The notes: a model not told the origin generated them from the letters alone. DNA of 64,000 bases from Macrostomum lignano (GCA_002269645.1 NIVC01001054.1:19412-83411); one strand, 5' to 3'. Shown: positions 36,153 through 49,009, counted from the first letter of the stretch. Numbers and translations: made by a program.

Positions 36153-39100
36153 ATGGCCAGCTTCATTGCGAAACAGCTGGTTGGCAAGCAGATGGACAGT
36201 GTGAAAGGTGAGAGTCAATCGATTCCAATCAACTTTTTATGTGTGTTGTTGTGTGTGTTGTTGTTGGCTGCGGAGTGCAGGGTATCCAGCCGACCTCCCC
36301 CAAGAGCCGCGCCACCAGTTGACCATTGGCGAGGTCCTTCAGTCCAGTAATTCCAATCTGACGTCGAGCCCCATCAAGGGCCGGGCAGCTGACCAGGTGG
36401 TACTGTTCCACCTCCAGGCCGCATCGAGCACAGGTAGCGTGGTCTAATTGTCCGATCCTGCGCTGATAGTAGACCGACTTGGGACAGTGGCCAGCACGAA
36501 CTTGAGCCACCATGGTCTGCTGTAGTCTCGTTCCCGAATGGAAGGTCAAACAGCTGCCGTAGATGTCTTTCAGGTGTCCGCTGAGTTGCGGCTCATAGCG
36601 AACATGCTGCCTAATCTGACACGTCGCTGCACCCAGGGTAACGGGGACAAGATTCTGGTCCAGTTGGTTGTGTGTGTTGTTGTTGGTGGTATTGTGTGTG
36701 TTGTTGTGTGTGTTGTTGTGTGTGTTGTTGTGTGTGCTGTTGTGTGTTGTTGTGTGTGCTGTTAAGTGTTTTCTGTGTACTTTTCCGTGTCGGTCCCTTT
36801 TTGTCTGGATTAAGTTGGCAGTTTTGGCTCAATAAAAATCGGAATCTATTTTGTTTTGCCAAAGCCAAACGGCATAAAATTCAAAGCAAGTAGCATCAGT
36901 GCAATCTGTGACCTGAGCATCTACCGTCAGTGTCAAATTTCACCTGCCAAGACTCAACCAAAAAGCGGCTGAACTGACCTTGTTCTATAAGGCATGGTTG
37001 CAACGAGGGAATCCAGTGTGGAAGTTTCGGCTTAGGACTCCCACAGTACTCAGGGGAGATTAGCAACTGCTAATTAGCTGGGCTGTCAGAGCAGCTCGTC
37101 AGGAAAGTCAGTCACTCTGTCAGCTTTCATCACGGGAGAAATTAGCCAGTCATTTTCTGGAGCAACACAATAGGAATCTCCTGTTTGAGCTGCTGAAGGT
37201 CCTCTGACTTTTTTAGGCCCAGTAAGACTCATTAATGAAGGATTTTCTAGGACCATAACTGCCTGAATTCACGGCTATTGCTGCACCACCGTAACCCCGC
37301 CTACACACCTGTCTGCTAATATCGCAGATATTTTTTCTTAGAAAATGTTTCTCACTACTTGCTTGTATAACTTTCAGTGTATGTGAATGCTTGCAATTTG
37401 CTCTATGATTACCAGGGGCTTTAGCACCAGGGTCTTTAGCAGGGGCGCCAGCACCGGGGGCGCCAGCACCGGGGGCGCCAGCACCGGGGGCGCCAGCACC
37501 GGGGGCGCCAGCACCGGGGGCGCCAGCACCGGGGGCGCCAGCACCGGGGGCGCCAGCACCAGGGGCGCCAGCACCGGGGGCGCCAGCACCGGGGGCGCCA
37601 GCACCGGGGGCGCCAGCACCGGGGGCGCCAGCACCGGGGGCGCCAGCACCGGGGCGCCAGCACCGGGGGCGCCAGCACCGGGGGCGCCAGCACCGGGGGC
37701 GCCAGCACCGGGGGCGCCAGCACCGGGGGCGCCAGCACCGGGGGCGCCAGCACCGGGGGCGCCAGCACCGGGGGCGCCAGCACCGGGGGCGCCAGCACCG
37801 GGGGCGCCAGCACCGGGGGCGCCAGCACCGGGGGCGCCAGCACCGGGGGCGCCAGCACCGGGGGCGCCAGCACCGGGGGCGCCAGCACCGGGGGCGCCAG
37901 CACCGGGGGCGCCAGCACCGGGGGCGCCAGCACCGGGGGCGCCAGCACCGGGGGCGCCAGCACCGGGGGCGCCAGCACCGGGGGCGCCAGCACCGGGGGC
38001 GCCAGCACCGGGGGCGCCAGCACCGGGGGCGCCAGCACCGGGGGCGCCAGCACCGGGGGCGCCAGCACCGGGGGCGCCAGCACCGGGGGCGCCAGCACCG
38101 GGGGCGCCAGCACCGGGGGCGCCAGCACCGGGGGCGCCAGCACCGGGGGCGCCAGCACCGGGGGCGCCAGCACCGGGGGCGCCAGCACCGGGGGCGCCAG
38201 CACCGGGGGCGCCAGCACCGGGGGCGCCAGCACCGGGGGCGCCAGCACCGGGGGCGCCAGCACCGGGGGCGCCAGCACCGGGGGCGCCAGCACCGGGGGC
38301 GCCAGCACCGGGGGCGCCAGCACCGGGGGCGCCAGCACCGGGGGCGCCAGCACCGGGGGCGCCAGCACCGGGGGCGCCAGCACAAAGTCAGCACAAAGTC
38401 AGCATTCGAAATCAGTTCACATTTGCTTACTCAGTAAATTACGTCAGTTTCAAATCCTCCCCGCATCCACCCTAATTCCCAGCCAATGGGTCCTAAATCA
38501 CCAAAATAGATTAAGTCTCTCGCAGGCAGAAAAAGCAATTTTCTTTTAGTTGCAACAATAGTACAACCCCGGCGCCCACCGGAACCCAGGCAGTCAATTT
38601 GTCCCAAATGAGGTTGGCAGAGGATTCCACTGGGGATCAAGAAGTGAGGACGCGAGACAGAGCGGGACGCAGACTACATGTATTTGATTAGGCCTGAGCC
38701 ATCCGAATCAAGCACTGTCTGCGCTGCATGCCCTAAATATTGAATTATTGAAACCTCCCCCATTCGGCCCGAAATCCGGCCCCATTTGATTCTCTGCCGC
38801 GCCAGAGACGACGAACTGGTATAGCTGAGTCGCCCCCGCAGCTGCATGCAAATGCCAATCTCACTTCCAACTGCTCAATTCTTATCGCTGATGCGCTGGG
38901 GTTTACTTTATTGGCTGCCCCTTTCTGCGCCAATCTATTTACTGTCACTTTGCTATCCCAGTTGCTTGACTCTCCTCCATGCCAGTCTGTCTATTCAGCT
39001 TCATTACAGGCCCAGTTTCAAGCCGTTGGCATCTTGTTTGCGTCTCATTGCTGCTATCGTCTGCAGTGCCATCACAGAGGACACAAAGTGATGCTTTTGT

Positions 39101-41051
39101 CAAATGCCAAGCACTGCTGACATGATGTCCACTTCATTTATGCAAACCCAATTCACTCCTGTACACTTACCTCACTCCTGTACAACCACCCCGACTCTTC
39201 ACACCCACCCCTGCACACTCACCCACCCATGCACACCCACCCCACTCCTGCACACCCACCCCACTCCTGCACACCCACCCCACTCCTGCACACCCACCCC
39301 ACTCCTGCACACCCACCCCACTCCTGCACACCCACCCCACTCCTGCACACCCACCCCACTCCTGCACACCCATCCCACTCCTGCACACCCATCCCATTCC
39401 TGCACACCCACCCCACTCCTGCACACCCATCCCACTCCTGCACACCCATCCCATTCCTACACACCCACCCCACTCCTGCACACCCACCCACTCCTGCACA
39501 CCCACCCCACTTTTACACACCCATCCCACCTGCACACCCACCCCACTTAATTTCCTTTAACCCAGTAAACCCTTGCGCTAACTCCGCTTTTTCACAAACC
39601 TGAGCTAAAAATAGCTGCATGAAAACCTCTGCAGGCGCAGTCGGAGGCGGCGAGGCCACCGGCGAGGACGCCGAGAAGCTCGCCGAGCAGCAGGCGGAGA
39701 TCGCGGAGGCTCTGGCGGAGGAGAAGCGCAAACGGGACGAGAAGCATAGAAAGATGGAGGCTGAACGAGAAGAAATGAGGCAGGGAATCCGGGACAAGGT
39801 GAGTAAGCGGGATGGCAGATCGATGCAAATTACTTATGGATTGCTGTTTCGAGTAGGCGCTGGCAAATTTCTCTTCTCTTTTAGGACGCTTCCAGTCTGA
39901 CACTTTCCTAAAAAGCGATCGAAACTGGCAGAAGCCCGGTTTTCTTGGGTGCTTTGCCTCGCCACTTTCTACGCATAGAGTTCCGATTGCAGTTACCTAT
40001 TTTTGTACCTGGAGATAGCTCGTACATGTAATTGTAAAACCTCAATCGTGTCTCAGGTCCAGGATATGAATCCAACCGTACCCCATGACTTCGATATTAA
40101 GCCTGGATTGACCATGAAAAAAACACAAACCTTTGCATAACCGCCTAATTCTTGAAAAGTTACATGCGTCGTTGGAGGACCTAACGAATAGCTTAGAGGG
40201 CCTCTTCGAAAGACCTTAAAGGTAGTTAAGAGCGCTCAATTGAAAGACAATAACGGTAGTTAAGAGCGCTCTATTGAAAGACAATAACGGTAGTTAAGAG
40301 CGCTCTATTGAAAGACAATAACGGTAGTTAAGAGCACTCTATTGAAAGACAATAACGGTAGTTAAGAGCGCTCTATTGAAAGACAATAACGGTAGTTAAG
40401 AGCACTCTATTGAAAGACAATAACGGTAGTTAAGAGCACTCTATTGAAAGACCATAACGGTAGTTAAGAGCGCTCTATTGAAAGACCATAACGGTTGTTA
40501 AGAGCGCTCTATTGAAAGACCATAACGCGCGGTAGTTAAGAGCGCTCTATTGAAAGACCATAACGCGCGGTAGTTAAGAGCGCTCTATTGAAAGACCTTA
40601 ACAGTAGTTAAGAGCGCTCTATTGAAAGACCATAACTGTAGTTTAAGAGCGCTCTATTGTCAATGGAGCTTAAGGGTAGCTAAGAACACCCAATCAAAGG
40701 GCTAATAGACCAGTTGGTACTGGCTGCACATAGTCGGCAAAACTTTCTATTGTGTAAATGCGATTTCACCGCATACTATAGCTGCACATGTCGCTTTCAA
40801 TGCCCCACCCGATGCAGTACAACATCCAGAAGAAGGAGGACCCGCTCAGCATGATGCCGCCGGACGATCCGGCCGGCCGGCTGGGCAGAAAACGCAAAAC
40901 GCCCGAGGAATTGGCGGCCGAGCGTGACCTCGAGGACGAAGAGGACTTCACCTCAGTGCTGCCTGAGGGCATGCGGGACACGGTTAAAAATGTCACGGCC
41001 GTGCCGCAGAAGATGCTGGCCGATGCCAAAGAGAAATGCGTCATCCAGTAA
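36153..41051 (+). CDS. CPLX: Complexin (synaphin) with C-terminal CAAX box, 3 exons, about 150 aa
   Basis: Exons 36153-36207, 39635-39798, 40818-41051: MASFIAKQLVGKQMDSVKGAVGG...EEKRKRDEKHRKMEAEREEMRQGIRDKYNIQKK...RKRKTPEELAAE...EKCVIQ, matching invertebrate complexins. Confidence 0.95.
36236..36665 (-). mobile_element. 5'-truncated I/R1-group LINE 3' end in complexin intron 1
   Basis: Open minus frame LDQNLVPVTLGAATCQIRQH...TMVAQVRAGHCPKSVYYQRRIGQLDHATCARCGLEVEQYHLVSCPAL (QxRxGH plus CxxC...H...C knuckle); CAA/CACA tail. Confidence 0.75.
36662..36765. repeat. GTT/GTGT compound microsatellite
   Basis: GTGTGTTGTT units; same motif as the LINE tail at 36238-36270. Confidence 0.85.
37424..38383. 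repeat. Highly homogeneous 15-bp GC-rich minisatellite in complexin intron 1
   Basis: Unit GGGGGCGCCAGCACC, about 63 copies, with one 1-bp deletion near 37651; it explains ORFs 37213..38394, 37387..38475 and 37436..38383. Confidence 0.97.
39190..39545. repeat. 19-bp minisatellite
   Basis: Unit CACTCCTGCACACCCACCC. Confidence 0.9.
40225..40640. repeat. 34-bp minisatellite, complexin intron 2
   Basis: Unit AAGAGCGCTCTATTGAAAGACAATAACGGTAGTT. Confidence 0.95.
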
Positions 41052-41289
41052 AGACTTCCAGAGGTGTGCTTAAAAATTTCGGCAAGTACTGCAATGTTTG
41101 AAAACTAAAGTTTAAATTTGCGCCAAAATTGCACAACCGCATACTCCGCTCTGATTAGAACATGACGAGTCGGGACGGAAGTAGGGTTGCTAAAATTAAA
41201 TTCGTAAATTTCGTACGGACAATATTTTATAGGCCAAGTTGAAATACTTTAGTTTGATAAAGTATAATAATAATATTACTAAATATAAT

Positions 41290-41577
41290 TGATTACACCT
41301 GTCCTGATGGGCAGATGTGCAACCGACAACTCAGCCGCAGCTATTGCGCGGCGCATCTGAAGGCTGCGTACGGCTGTTCAGTCCAAGGACTGGGGGGTCG
41401 CCACACACCCTCAATTACCCCAGCTAATGCTGACACCTATTTTACAGCTGGGTGAACTGAAGCAATGCAGAGTTAAGTGTCTGGCTCAAGGACACAAATT
41501 GTTCCCAGTGGGTCGAGAATCGAACCCCTGACCTTTCAGTCATGAGTCCGACACTCTAACTACTAGGCTGCAACCCC
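41290..41577 (-). mobile_element. tRNA-derived CORE-SINE
   Basis: Minus strand: tRNA-like head GGGGTTGCAGCCTAGTAGTTAGAGTGTCGGACTCATGACTGAAAGGTCAGGGGTTCGATTC (A and B boxes), then TGTGTCCTTGAGCCAGACACTTAACTCTGCATTGCTTCAGTTCACCCAGCTGTAAAATAGG, which resembles the MIR CORE domain as recalled from memory. Confidence 0.8.
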
Positions 41578-43002
41578 AAATTAAGTGTAACATACCCAAT
41601 ATTGCAAACTTGGCGGCTTATTTGAACGGATGTTCCATGGTTTATCAAAGTTATTAGAAAACCATTACGGATAATCGTTTGTATAATAAAATATATGCTG
41701 CTAATCCAAAGACCCTGTTATTTCTCAGTTTAAGCTCCACCTTTCTGTAATACTTTAAATTCTCTGTTATAAAATATTTTCAATGCATTATTCTTATTTT
41801 CATTTGTGCTTTTTAGTTTTTTTTCTCTAGCAAACATTTAGTCGGCTTTTTGTCAAGTTCCGTCAATGGTTCATCGCAAGTTCAAATAAAAGTGCATGAA
41901 TGTACATGTAACCAGAATTTCTGAAATTCTGATGCTCGAAATGGTAGCAGATTTGTGTCGTGCACTTTTTCAGCATCATTTTGTTTTTATGAGATAGGCT
42001 TCAGTTATAACAAAAGCAGAGTTTGTAACAGCAAGCCTAAACCAAATGGTCTACAGTGCATTCTTATCATTGATTTAAAATATTTATTTTGTTCCTATAT
42101 TTCTCTGACGTTTCCTTATTATTTCATTAAGTCCGTTAATAGCCACTGTTCCACCCTCTGCTACAACAACAACATAGAATGTAGTAAAATAAGCAAGCAG
42201 TTATATTTTTATTGCTCCGCTAATTTGTCGAGCAATGAAGTTCATTTCAACTTCTGCTCTGTAGTAGATCTCCATTCTGCGGTGCACAAATAAAGAAATA
42301 ATCATTGAGAAAACTTGGTTGAAGTGCATATACTTTCTTGTGAAAAAGAAGCTGTGTGTAATTCAGGGACACCTTTCTGCGTATTCCGATTGTGACTTCA
42401 TTTTTAACTCTCAACAAAAGTACAGCATCTACTTCGAAAATTTGGACTTTTAATTGCACTTTTATTGTACGATGTGTATACTAGCTGAATATTTTGCCAC
42501 GGCCGAAGCAATTCAAATTTTAGACGAGCATTACAAAAATTCAAAACGCATGCATGAATAAGGGAATTTTTTTAAATCTGAAATGAGCAATACAACATTT
42601 TGTGTTGTTAAAAGTTATACTATTTGTAGTAGAACTGCAAACAAATATTTCTATTGCTATCGCCTAAAATAATGACCTCTCTAACAAAATCTCCATGAAA
42701 GACATCCATTTCAAAGCTTGATTTCGTCGATGTTAATAATTCCGCCACACTTACTAATAGGCATGGCTACATGGTGCTGAGTGTGACGTTGTCAGTTTAA
42801 GTAGTCCCGCCAAGGGCCGTTTTAGCATACGGTACCAATCTATAATATTGTTGGTTTCATACTCCCACGTCTGCTTAAAGTAGTGTCCAAAGAATTTTAA
42901 TCAGCGTGCGTACATTTGTAAAGCCTGCGTACAGTGCGCGATCGATAATTTCTATTTTCTGTTTTTTTCCGGCCGGCCAATAGAAAAGCCGCGCATTAAT
43001 TA

Positions 43003-43476
43003 TGTTAAGTTCTCCTCGCGCGCCTACCCCAGCCCGCTCTTTATCAGTTCTGTCTGGCTGGGCGCTCGGGGTTAGACCCGTTCTCCAGCGTCAAACCCTA
43101 CCTCGCCCCGCGCTGCTCTGCCCGCCCTTGGGCTCTCACTCCTTGTTTACTTGCCTTTTCTCTCCGCCTCACTCCGCCACGGCTCTAGCCACGCCTTCGC
43201 CAGCCTCAGCCACGCCACTTTTACTGTCTGTTCGAGCTCTCACTACGAGCACCGCCACCGCACGTTCATTGCCGTCGCTTCGTCACCGTTGCCTCAAACT
43301 CGTCGACCCACTCTCCATTCTACCATCTAACTTATTGTTGTGTAGCCGCCAGTGCATCGTTTACGAATTCAACTAGTACCAAGCCCAACTGTCCTCTCAC
43401 TCATACGTTACAATAAACAAAGTCTGCGGCCATTGCCCGCATCAGTCGCCATTATTGCCAAGTGCTACCGCTTACA
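43003..43476 (+). mobile_element. Probable solo LTR (474 bp)
   Basis: Starts TGTTAAG and ends CTTACA; AATAAA near 43412; flanks AATTA and AATTT (5-bp TSD with one mismatch); GC-rich against AT-rich flanks. Confidence 0.6.
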
Positions 43477-44011
43477 AATTTGCCTCGGCCGTATTTGTCT
43501 TGTCGATTATTTTCGAGGCCGCCACATTATCGTGACACTGAGTATTAACATTTATTTGCTGCATGAATTAAAGTTTATGTTATGTACAACAATATCCTGT
43601 GACAACTCAATACCCATTTGCAATTCACGCACCGCCTATACTTTACGCCTTAGGCAAACTCTGCCGCAGGGAAAACCCACGGAAATACCGTCGGCCGGCC
43701 CAAAGCGAGAGTACAATTTGTATGCTCTTGTGTATTTGCATGTACAACTCTGCCGCAGGGATGAAGAAGCATGCAATTAATGATCACTGGAGAAGTTACT
43801 GCTGCCATGGTGTTACCTCTTATTTATACATGGTCTTTTGTAAGGATGCATACGATGTCAATTTGGCAAATGCATGGGTAGTAATTTTATACATTACGTT
43901 ACAATACGATGAATATTACATCTATTAGTTTCCTTTACGTACACGCGGTACACCTTGGCAAGTTTCAGAAATATTTCATCCACCTCAGATGTTGTCCCCT
44001 ATAGTTATTGT

Positions 44012-44319
44012 TGTGGTACAGGCCGGATCACTACCCTGACTATCACTGTGAACGAGCCGAAGATGGCGTCAGTCAACTAGCCGGACTGACTTCGGACTCT
44101 GAGCGGGGGATCGCGTCAGGGGACTTAATCAGCCCGTCCCTATTGCACAGATTAATTCCCGCCAGTCCCCCAAATAAAAAAGACACGCGACTCACTCTGT
44201 TTCTTCGGGTAACAGCGGTGGCAGCAGCAGGGGTGGCTTCTCTCAATGTTCTCTCTTCAGTCTATAGAATAGACAGGTATCTAGATTGCAGTATTAGACT
44301 TATGGCTGTGACTTTCACA
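44012..44319 (+). mobile_element. Possible second solo LTR (308 bp)
   Basis: TGTGG...TCACA ends with an internal AATAAA; TSD poorly matched (ATTGT versus ATTCA). Confidence 0.35.
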
Positions 44320-44789
44320 ATTCAACCAAGGAAAAAGAGATGCCTCCCCTACTGCCGCTCCTACATATATTTAATATTTGTGCTAGCTGGTTAAGCCCTG
44401 GGGTATCGCTACCCAAGGCCCAGCTAGCCAAAATTACGATCGTCTTATCCAACAAGGAAAAAGTTACAAGTCGGGGTCGCGATTGGAGGGGAGAGAAAAC
44501 AAACCGATTGGCTGGACCACCAGCCAATCGCAGGGTGAGCGAGGGGGCGCACTGGGGCCGCAGCCAGCCAAAGCCGGCTGGCCTAACAGGCAGTGGGGTG
44601 GGTGCAACTGGAGGGGGGTTGACGCAGACAGAATGGGGGGAGGTTGGCGCAGGCACGCGTCCGGGGGTGGGAGTGCAGTGCCGGGCACACTTGACCGAGA
44701 GCGAGAGATTGCTCATCGGTGCAAGTGCACCCGGGCACAACATTATGAACGACACATTTTTCTTATAAGAGCCTGCTCGCACCTCTCAT

Positions 44790-45710
44790 TTTGACAAGTT
44801 GCTGACAGAAGAGCAGATGGAGAAGCGGGTGAGGCTGTCCAGAGAGCACCTTCGTCGATTGCATCGAGAAGGTAATGCGACTTCCTCAGCAGCTAGGATT
44901 ATTGTGACACGATCGATGAGACTTAGATCTACATGTACATGTGCTAATTGGAATCCTGAGCTGAAGCGCCAGTCAGCACAATGTGGCTTCCAAGATACAT
45001 GTAATCAGTAAGCCCAGAGAGAAGGTGCAGGGCAAGCAGAAAGTTCAACGCTGCTAGTTCGATCTTCGACGTCCATATGGCATTCTCGTGGAATGGCTTG
45101 TGCCTAGTACCAAAGGTGAACACGGATCAATACAAAATGGATTCTGCAAGAGAAACTATATGTACTGCGACCGCGCGGTGGTCGAAAGAATTGCGACCTG
45201 GCTTGCTGGAGAGAAGGGTCATCTTTCATCACAACAATGCGCCTTTGCACCGTGCCAGAAGAGTGGAAGAGCTCCTGGAGTCCTAGCGGGACTGGGGAAG
45301 TTGGCTCAGCCACTCTACCCTTAGCTAGGGTATTCGCCTGCTGCATGACAATTAAACTGGCTCGGTGGAACTTCTACGTTTTCAAGGACGAAGGAGAGTC
45401 GGTGGTCAACGTTTTGCCTCGGTGGAACAAATTAATAACAGTGCTTCAACAGCTCTTCGGCATCTGGCCATTGCCTGGCGACCTTTGCATGCAGCCCTCT
45501 AGCTGCCTTATAATTGAGGCGCGCTCGGCCGGGGGTGCGTCCGTGCGTCGCTGGCAGAAGCGTTACCTCGCGGCAAATTTGTAGAGTATAGTCTAACCAT
45601 GGCTGACATGAGTTCATTTTACGGTTGCAAAGTTTTGTTGATTGTTGATTTACTAGTTTGTCTTTATAGTTGATCGAATTCGAAACTTACTTTTGGAATG
45701 AGTCAACGCT
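44790..45710 (+). mobile_element. Degenerate mariner transposase relic
   Basis: Broken frames give LTEEQMEKRVRLSREHL, WNPELKRQSAQ, RPGLLERRVIFHHNNAPLHRA, GGQRFASVEQI, RRWQK...GKFVE; possible right TIR near 45680-45710. Confidence 0.8.
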
Positions 45711-46929
45711 GTGTTAGTTTTGAAGAAATTCAAGTTCACGCGTAATATCTGAAAATATGTTAAACAAAGCGGAGGTTTTGACAGAGGTATTTAAAAAAAC
45801 TGCTTTCTAAAAACATTATTGTATAGCCTTACGAATTATACGACTAGAGTCCATAATAATTTAAGCAAGGTTTTACAAAAATGTGATTTAGTTTATAGTT
45901 TTTAAACTTACAAGTTTTTGTTGTAAGAAATATATATGTATTGATTGAGTTTGGCCTCCTATACCATAAACTTGGGGATTTTCTACTATAGACATAGTCG
46001 TAAAGACAGATAGTCCTAAATATATGCCACGCGTTCAAGACTTTGTTGTTCTACCTATAGTACCTGCTTTATTTGGAATTTCAAATTATATCTATTCTTA
46101 GTTAGGCCTATACTGAATTCTGTTAGTGTTAGGTTCTATCTACTAATCTACATATGTAACATATCTGATATCTGCAATTATCTGGAGTGTGGCTGCAATG
46201 TAGGCACTGCTAATTGACTACCTTGAAAGAGAATCATATAATATTAATGTTAGTAGGCTATCTTACGTTATGCATAATTTGCAATTATATGTTGATAATT
46301 GTAAATTTTTTTAGATGAACTAACATAATTTTGACTAATAGTAATAGGATAAATAGACAAATGTTCAATAAACACAAAAACTACCAATAGTATCTTAGTC
46401 TTAGCTTTTGCTATTATATATCATAGACTAGGTATATAGGACCTAACATAATAGCTGCTTATAGTTATTTAGTCTAATGAATGATTATAAGAAATTAGTC
46501 TAATGAATGATTAGACTAAAGAATTGCCATAGATATGTCAATTATCTAAGACTTATATACTAATTTTGCACTGTTTGTATATTAGGCCCTAGTCAGTCTG
46601 TCTATTGTTAATTTTTTTGAGAACTGTCTAGCTATTTTTTTATATTAGCTTTAAAAATTCTTTTTTGGTATTATATGTCATGCATCACTTTTTATAAAAA
46701 ATTTGAACAGGAAGTAGGTCAAATATGCAAAACAATGTTTTTAATGCTTTCAATAGGCACTCTATTCTATGATTTAATTCTTTAGGCCTAATTCAACCAT
46801 TTAGGCCTTTCTTTGGCTAATGTATAGTATAGAATATATATTCACAACAAATCTAGGCCTAATACTGCACTAAAATTTTATTTTTGGCAGTTGTTATTTG
46901 TCTAGTGACTGGAAGAATAGCCTTTTTGC

Positions 46930-48068
46930 TAGTGTTCCACCGTAATTACGGCTACAGCTACGGCAAATTACGGCTACGACACTTTTGAAGCCGTATTTTC
47001 ATTACAGATTACGGTTACGGACATATTTTGAGCTTACGGTTACGGTTACGGATTACGGAGATTTTTCTAGACTTGCCGTAATTGGTAGCCGTAACAAAAA
47101 TTATTTATTTTTAACTGTTTAGTGTTATAAAAGAATTTTTTTATATCAACTTCAACCAGTTTTCATTTTGTTTTACTAGTTATTATTATTTGTTACATTT
47201 GTTAAGTTTCTAAATATCTACGAAACTTCTTGAAAATGAAAAACGAATTTTTTCACAAATTTTCTCATTAGGCATACGGCATAGCATAGCATAGCGATAG
47301 CATGATAGCAGCGAGACAGAGAGAGCCAGTCAAAGCCTACAAGAGACTAAGAATCTGGCATTCTTATTTCTTAGCCATATGTAGCATTTAGCTCCTTAGC
47401 ATAAAAATAGGATATTAGATTTAGATTATGAGGATAAGGATGAAAGAATATTAATAAGGAAATACTAAATAAATACTAATAGGATAAGAATATGAATTAT
47501 GATTGAAAATTGATTGAAACCAAAGAAGACAATACAATAGACAATGCAATAAAATGAAAATGAAAAAATGTAACATGCAATTTCTTAGTCATCGGAAATT
47601 TTGAAGCAGTTTTATTTGAACAAATTCATATATTTATTTAATGATATTAAACATACACATTGACCTTGGCACGTCAGTCATATATTCATATTGTAGCGAA
47701 ACAAAACAGAATCACGACACAGAAAACTGAAAAAGGCACCAAGCACACAATTGCATACAACAATGCTATAGAATACTTCGATAAAGATGTTATATTTAGG
47801 AAAAAATAAATGAATATTAATGCATGAACGAACAACAAGTAGGTTTTATTGCTATCCTTTTATCCTTTTTATCTGTCCTTTTCTGTCTGCCCTACTTTTC
47901 ATGCAAAAATATCAATTTTTGTTATACATTACGGCTACGGTTACGGCAAATTACGGTTACGGACTTTTTTAGCTTGTAATGACGGCAAAATTCGGCTACG
48001 GAAGTTGCTTCTTTCTTACGGCTACGGTTACGGTTACGGAGGTCAAAACTCGCGGCGGCGGAACACTA
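46930..48068. mobile_element. Non-autonomous hAT element (1139 bp)
   Basis: 13-bp TIRs TAGTGTTCCACCG and CGGCGGAACACTA; perfect 8-bp TSD CTTTTTGC (46922-46929, 48069-48076); subterminal (T/C)TACGG arrays at both ends. Confidence 0.9.
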
Positions 48069-48183
48069 CTTTTTGCTATTTGTGTAGCTAAATTGCTAAT
48101 ATAAATATCTGTGTTTAGTGATAAATCTTCTAGATTTTTAAGACCTTTTCTTATATCCTGATTAATATTTTGTTATATAGGGG

Positions 48184-49009
48184 CCATACTCAGGAAGGTG
48201 GCCTGCACGCGGGAATTTTCCCGCGTGCACAAGCCATGCTAAAATTTTGGCATGCAAAGTTGGCGTGCAAATAGGGGTCTCAAGCCACGCCTAAATTTTC
48301 AGCGTACAAGTTTTTTACTTGGCGTGTAACCTTGGCGTGCAATTACAAACTGACAGTATATCAACAAGTCAGATATAGATGTATACACTATATATATACA
48401 ATAGGCCTATATAAAGTTAAACGTGAACAATTGAATTTGAATATTGATTAAACCAACTAGTTGAGGCTACAGCCTAGCCTACAGCCAGGCCTGACACTCT
48501 ACAGCCTACATTAAAATTAAAATATCCAATAACTTTTAAACGCTCTTATTTTGTGACTCTTGTAGACTTTTAGTTTATTTGTTTCTTGAAATGTGAAGAA
48601 AAAGTTTTTGATACTCACTATGTTCTTTGTAGCGAATTTCCTTTTTTTATATAAACTTTGTTTAACGTAAGTAGAAAATTTATTTAAATCTCTCAATTCT
48701 AAATACTGTATAAAGTTACGTTAAATACGCAGTCAGTTGTTTTCTGTTTTATTTTTGACACAAAATTTAAGTCATTTTACCAATTTTTTTACAATTTACT
48801 GTAGGGTAAACAGACAGTGTAACCACTTTTGGCATACAGGATTTTGGTATACACAATTTTCGGCATACATGATTTTTGGTATTCAAGATTTTTGGCGTGC
48901 AACAGAAACCTCATGTTAAGGGTTTTAAAAAATTGGCGTACATTGGCATGCACCAAGGATTTTTCCATAAATTGATTCCCGCGTGCACTTGCCACCTTCC
49001 TGACTATGG
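48184..49009. mobile_element. Non-autonomous TIR element with 8-bp TSD (hAT- or P-like, 826 bp)
   Basis: 19-bp TIRs CCATACTCAGGAAGGTGGC and GCCACCTTCCTGACTATGG; perfect TSD TATAGGGG (48176-48183, 49010-49017); subterminal GGCGTGCA motifs. Confidence 0.9.

Noticed and set aside
41500-41577. tRNA-Met-like sequence as a tRNA gene
   Set aside because: The acceptor and anticodon stems do not pair properly, and it runs into a CORE domain, so it is a SINE head.
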